From positions 37,758,001-37,822,000 of the forward strand of contig NW_024704742.1 of assembly GCF_018977255.1 (NCBI RefSeq): a stretch of 64,000 bases of DNA, written 5' to 3'. The position numbers and the translations under genes were made by a program. This DNA comes from Callorhinchus milii (Eukaryota). A model generated the notes under the pieces. That model saw nothing but the letters and a program-made list of their open reading frames with translations. It made no database searches and was not told where the DNA came from. This document shows positions 58,502 to 64,000 of the stretch, piece after piece. Positions within the stretch are counted from its first letter, which is position 1, and every line of letters begins with the position of its first letter.

Positions 58502-61049
58502 TCAGCCATTAAGCTCTCCACTTTGAACTGCATCTTGGTAACTCTTTCCTTTGTCTTGCTTTTCATCTGGGTAAAGTTTGATGAGATCATCAATTCGCAG
58601 GATGGTTATAGCAGCTTCTGTTGCAAACTTCAGACTCTTGACTTTAACCATAGTAGGCTCAAAGACACCAGCTTGTTTGTTGTCCCTTGGCTTCCCATTC
58701 AATAAATCAAGACCAATCCTGCACAAACAAAATGTGAATTTGATTAACACTGTTTTAATAGCCAGTCACTACAATATTAGTAAAACATGCATAATTTCCG
58801 ATTGAATTCTGACAACTCCGCCATAAAAGTTACTTTAACAAGATGGAGAAAATCAATTTTGCACTTTACTGCTATCTGGGGCACCAGGTCACCAAAAATC
58901 AATGATTGCTCATGAATTGCAACAATGTTCAAATTTAGTTTCATCGCTGATTCAGACAACAATGGGTCTCAAGTCACAATCTTTTGCAGACCACAGTACA
59001 ATAAAATTTTTACCATTTCAAAGTTTTGCGATCAGGATTGACCTGAGCTTCGTTGTGGAATGCACGCAACTTTGCAACAAGGTCTGTAGAATCCTGAGCA
59101 GCATTCACTGCCAGAGTCTTAGGAATAACCAACATGGCCCGGGCAAATTCTGCAGTGGCAAGTTGTTCACGTGATCCCTAAACAAAAAGACAGCCAACAG
59201 TTAAATACATGAAGTACTTTTAACTTATTTTCTTAAAATAATTTTTAATACTGCAAATTAATAGGGACAGTAATCCCTGGTTAATCAGCTCAAAGCATAC
59301 GGTAAAAGTGCCCTCCCCCAATAATCTTGAAATACAATTAAACCCATACCAAACTAGTTGCATAGTTTTCCAGGTAGATGGAGAGTGCGGCTTCCACAAC
59401 CCCACCTCCTGGAACTAAAGACTTGGACTCAAGCACTCTCTTCACAACACAGAGTGCATCATGTAGGGAGCGCTCCATCTCATCACACATGAAATCATTT
59501 GCTCCTCGCAGAATGATTGATGCAGAAGTACGGGCCTTTGTACTGAAAAATACAAATTAAACTTTACAACAATAGTACTTGTGAGGGTTGGGTTAAACTC
59601 ATTTTAAAATGTCAGCATCAATTTATACCTCACTTTTAGAAATCAGAATCTAGATCCCTTTTTCAATCACAAACATTGTGTGCACTGCTCCTGAATGAAC
59701 AATACCTATTGCTTATATACTGTTATGCAAAGCAATATTCATTGCCGACTTAAACCAGGAATAGATGTGACAGTTCTACTTTCATCAGCAAACTGCTTAG
59801 ATTATATTTATATGCACAACAAAATTAATCTGCATCTGTGCAGTCAATATAAAAAAAATTCAACCCCATTACAATCCCAACATCTTTTTCAATTCTGCAA
59901 CACTAACAGTAACATTACAAGATACTACACTGTATACATTGGAGATAATTTTTTATGTTCAGCTAATGCATTACTGAGAAGACATCAGCAAGGTCTTCAG
60001 TCACACAAGGCTGAATATTCTCTATCCCAAGCGTACAACTGCTCATGCCACAGATATTAGCAGGGCAGCAAATAAATGGGAGTTCAGTAAGTTGTACATG
60101 TTTTTCTTACTTTTTAACAAGTATCAGTTCATCATCGCATATCCTTTCTTGAACCACCTCCTCAGCTTGGCCCACTAAAGAGGGATCAAAACTCTCATCT
60201 CCTTCCAAGTTTGCAAGAGTTGAACAGATAGTTGCTATAAACAAAAACAGGTAAAAATCATCAGAATAGGTTTCTCAGTCCAAGACACCCTTTTCTGATT
60301 TACGGACTTTTAACACTTCAACAAAATTACATTTGTATAGCGCCTTTCATGTCGGGAGGACGTCAGAATCACTAGGAAAATTCCAGCTGATTCCGAATGC
60401 CAACCTTTCAAAATTGAATGACATTAATATTGGACATTAAACTCGATAGCTTGTCACTCCAAGGGTAAAGAGCTGAGCAATAAGTTATCCGGAGTAGCGA
60501 GTTTGATAAAGGTCCTCCCAGCTGCTCCGTGGCTTTTGGCCCTATCCTGTCACACGATAAGATGTAAGACAGCGTAGCAGGCCTCTGCAACGCATCTGAG
60601 CATAGGCACCCAACCTCCGCTACCAATCACAGCATCGGGCTGGAGGCCTTTGTAATGCAAGATGCCATATTACAGAACGAGTTATCAGATCAATTTTCGA
60701 CTAAGAAGATAGCGAATAAGCTATTTTCTGCTCGCTGGATTCAAACAATCTGAGTCAGTCATAGTGGCTATCACTAGCCATTATGAATGTCAGCACAGAC
60801 AGAGGCTACTCAGTGCACCATTGATCCGCGCTAGGAGTTGGGCCCACAGAATAAAATTAATGTTTTTGGTTTTGGGCCTCGTCCAACCAGGTCGGAATTC
60901 CGGATAACTGGAGTCCAATAAGGCAGGGGATCACTAGTTTGAAAGTATGTATAATTCAAAACAGTAACCTAGTAAAAAAAATTGCTGCACTTACCTCCAC
61001 TGGCCTTAACAATTCGTCTGAGGTCTTTCTTCAGACAACGGCGTAATGC
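58502..61049 (-). pseudogene. TCP1: TCP1 3' fragment copy B: partial exon 8 and exons 9-12
   Basis: Exon 12 58502-58718, exon 11 59014-59177, exon 10 59350-59542, exon 9 60111-60234, exon 8 remnant 60995-61049. Same exon 8 truncation as copy A. GGGAVE changed to GGGVVE, LAIAEF to LATAEF. Confidence 0.92.
59953..60083 (-). ncRNA. SNORA20: SNORA20 copy 7
   Basis: Same sequence as copy 1 by eye; intron 9 of TCP1 copy B. Confidence 0.88.
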
Positions 61050-62281
61050 CCTGCAGGGACCTGCGCTGCAGGGACCTGCGCTGCAGGGACCTGCCCTACA
61101 TCCTCCCATCACAGCATCAAGCTAATTCTAAATATATCCAATATATCAAGCAGGAAGTACATCATCCAACCCCAGGAACTCTAAATTTAGAGTAGAGTTC
61201 CAACAGATATCTACGATTATCATAGATATACCTTTGGTCACTGGAAAGAGTTCCCACTTTATTTCCTAAAACTAGTTTGTCCTAAAAATATAATAAATTT
61301 GAACTTGTAAAAAATATATAGGGATGGAAATGTTTTCATACCATAAATAATCGCCCAAATAATTGTTGCATTTGATATAGTGGTTAGAACACTGAAACAT
61401 CTCAAAGCACTTCACATATAATTGCTGTCAAATGTAATGACTGTATATTTGTAAATAGTTGCAACATCCTTCTGACACAGAGACAAGATTGCTACCAACT
61501 GAGCTCAGTTGACAAATAATAAATAGAGGCCAGAAATGTTTTTAAGTTTTGGTACAGAATTCTTTGAAAGTAAAGTAACTATTGTAATTACTTTACAGGA
61601 ATAAAGCTACTCCTGAGAGTTTAAATAATTATAATATTCCTTGCATTTGATATCATGCCTTTCATGTCGGGAGGTTGTCACAAAGCGTTTCACAGGATTT
61701 ATTTTAAAGTATAGTGACTGAACTGAGATCTCGAGAGCAGCTGGCAGTCAAATGACAAAGAATGGAAAACAGGTATTTAAAAACCAAAGTCAGATGATGC
61801 TCTAACGGCCCACTGGGTAAAAGTACCAACTGCCGTAGCATTAAACCTTGCATTTGATATAGTGCATTTAATATAGAATCTCAGGAATGTCACAAGTTTG
61901 ATCTCAATAAGAACTACTCCGAGATGCAATACCATGCGAAGGCTGCTATGTAAATGCAGGTTGTTGTTGTTGCTTTGGGTTATTATGACTGGTCTCAGAG
62001 TCCCTGGCTTGGGAGAGTTCATGCTTCTGACTGACTCTCTTGCCCCATTGGAACCTGAGCATGGTCACAAGATGTCAGGTAATTTTAGGGTCAGCCTTAT
62101 CACAAGATTGGTCTGGATTGACAACAATCACTCTCGCTCTCAAGGCTCACTCACAAAGAATGAGCACTAATGGAGATGGAGGAAGGTAACTGGTGCCTAT
62201 AGAACTGTAACCCAGCAAAGGATCACCTGAAAACAACAAAACAACAACAACAAGATAGCATTTATAGAGCGCCATTCAGCG

Positions 62282-62367
62282 CCTTGCAGGGACCGGCCCT
62301 TGCAGGGACCGGCCCTTGCAGGGACCGGCCCTTGCAGGGACCGGCCCTTGCAGGGACCGGCCCTTGC
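62282..62367. repeat. 16-bp minisatellite, ~5 units
   Basis: Read directly. Confidence 0.96.
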
Positions 62368-63925
62368 AAATCATTTGCTCCTCGCAGAATGATTGATGCA
62401 GAAGTACGGGCCTTTGTACTGAAAAATACAAATTAAACTTTACAACAATAGTACTTGTGAGGGTTGGGTTAAACTCATTTTAAAATGTCAGCATCAATTT
62501 ATACCTCACTTTTAGAAATCAGAATCTAGATCCCTTTTTCAATCACAAACATTGTGTGCACTGCTCCTGAATGAACAATACCTATTGCTTATATACTGTT
62601 ATGCAAAGCAATATTCATTGCCGACTTAAACCAGGAATAGATGTGACAGTTCTACTTTCATCAGCAAACTGCTTAGATTATATTTATATGCACAACAAAA
62701 TTAATCTGCATCTGTGCAGTCAATATAAAAAAAATTCAACCCCATTACAATCCCAACACCTTTTTCAATTCTGCAACACTAACAGTAACATTACAAGATA
62801 CTACACTGTATACATTGGAGATAATTTTTTATGTTCAGCTAATGCATTACTGAGAAGACATCAGCAAGGTCTTCAGTCACACAAGGCTGAATATTCTCTA
62901 TCCCAAGCGTACAACTGCTCATGCCACAGATATTAGCAGGGCAGCAAATAAATGGGAGTTCAGTAAGTTGTACATGTTTTTCTTACTTTTTAACAAGTAT
63001 CAGTTCATCATCGCATATCCTTTCTTGAACCACCTCCTCAGCTTGGCCCACTAAAGAGGGATCAAAACTCTCATCTCCTTCCAAGTTTGCAAGAGTTGAA
63101 CAGATAGTTGCTATAAACAAAAACAGGTAAAAATCATCAGAATAGGTTTCTCAGTCCAAGACACCCTTTTCTGATTTACGGACTTTTAACACTTCAACAA
63201 AATTACATTTGTATAGCGCCTTTCATGTCGGGAGGACGTCAGAATCACTAGGAAAATTCCAGCTGATTCCGAATGCCAACCTTTCAAAATTGAATGACAT
63301 TAATATTGGACATTAAACTCGATAGCTTGTCACTCCAAGGGTAAAGAGCTGAGCAATAAGTTATCCGGAGTAGCGAGTTTGATAAAGGTCCTCCCAGCTG
63401 CTCCGTGGCTTTTGGCCCTATCCTGTCACACGATAAGATGTAAGACAGCGTAGCAGGCCTCTGCAACGCATCTGAGCATAGGCACCCAACCTCCGCTACC
63501 AATCACAGCATCGGGCTGGAGGCCTTTGTAATGCAAGATGCCATATTACAGAACGAGTTATCAGATCAATTTTCGACTAAGAAGATAGCGAATAAGCTAT
63601 TTTCTGCTCGCTGGATTCAAACAATCTGAGTCAGTCATAGTGGCTATCACTAGCCATTATGAATGTCAGCACAGACAGAGGCTACTCAGTGCACCATTGA
63701 TCCGCGCTAGGAGTTGGGCCCACAGAATAAAATTAATGTTTTTGGTTTTGGGCCTCGTCCAACCAGGTCGGAATTCCGGATAACTGGAGTCCAATAAGGC
63801 AGGGGATCACTAGTTTGAAAGTATGTATAATTCAAAACAGTAACCTAGTAAAAAAAATTGCTGCACTTACCTCCACTGGCCTTAACAATTCGTCTGAGGT
63901 CTTTCTTCAGACAACGGCGTAATGC
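62368..63925 (-). pseudogene. TCP1: TCP1 internal fragment, unit 8 (the repeat unit continues off the right edge)
   Basis: Copy of 34468-36036. Confidence 0.9.
62829..62959 (-). ncRNA. SNORA20: SNORA20 copy 8
   Basis: Same sequence as copy 1 by eye. Confidence 0.88.
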
Positions 63926-64000
63926 CCTGCAGGGACCTGCGCTGCAGGGACCTGCGCTGCAGGGACCTGCCCTACATCCTCCCATCACAGCATCAAGCTA

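Overview
Vertebrate genomic DNA, most likely a cartilaginous fish (inferred from CR1 and L2 LINE relics, an L2-tailed tRNA-Ala-derived SINE and CA-rich satellite). Left to right: a ~5.5 kb CA/CACACTGATA satellite; an intronless, frame-disrupted HESX1 (Anf) homeobox copy followed 11 bp later by a SINE; an apparently intact 8-exon FAM47E-like gene (450 aa); then a rearranged ACAT2/TCP1 tail-to-tail block present twice at a ~24.7-25 kb period, both copies broken. Behind each TCP1 remnant a ~2.79 kb unit is tandemly amplified. The unit holds partial TCP1 exon 10, intron 9 with an intact H/ACA snoRNA matching SNORA20, exon 9, intron 8, partial exon 8 and a 1.15 kb unrelated spacer, giving 8 SNORA20 copies in the window. 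Both truncated TCP1 exon ends are sealed by related GC-rich TGCAGGGACC minisatellites. One is fixed at about 3 units; the other varies from about 2 to about 160 units between near-identical flanks. The long ORFs in the ORF track are artefacts of these repeats. Gene names come from recalled orthologue sequences, not from a database search.
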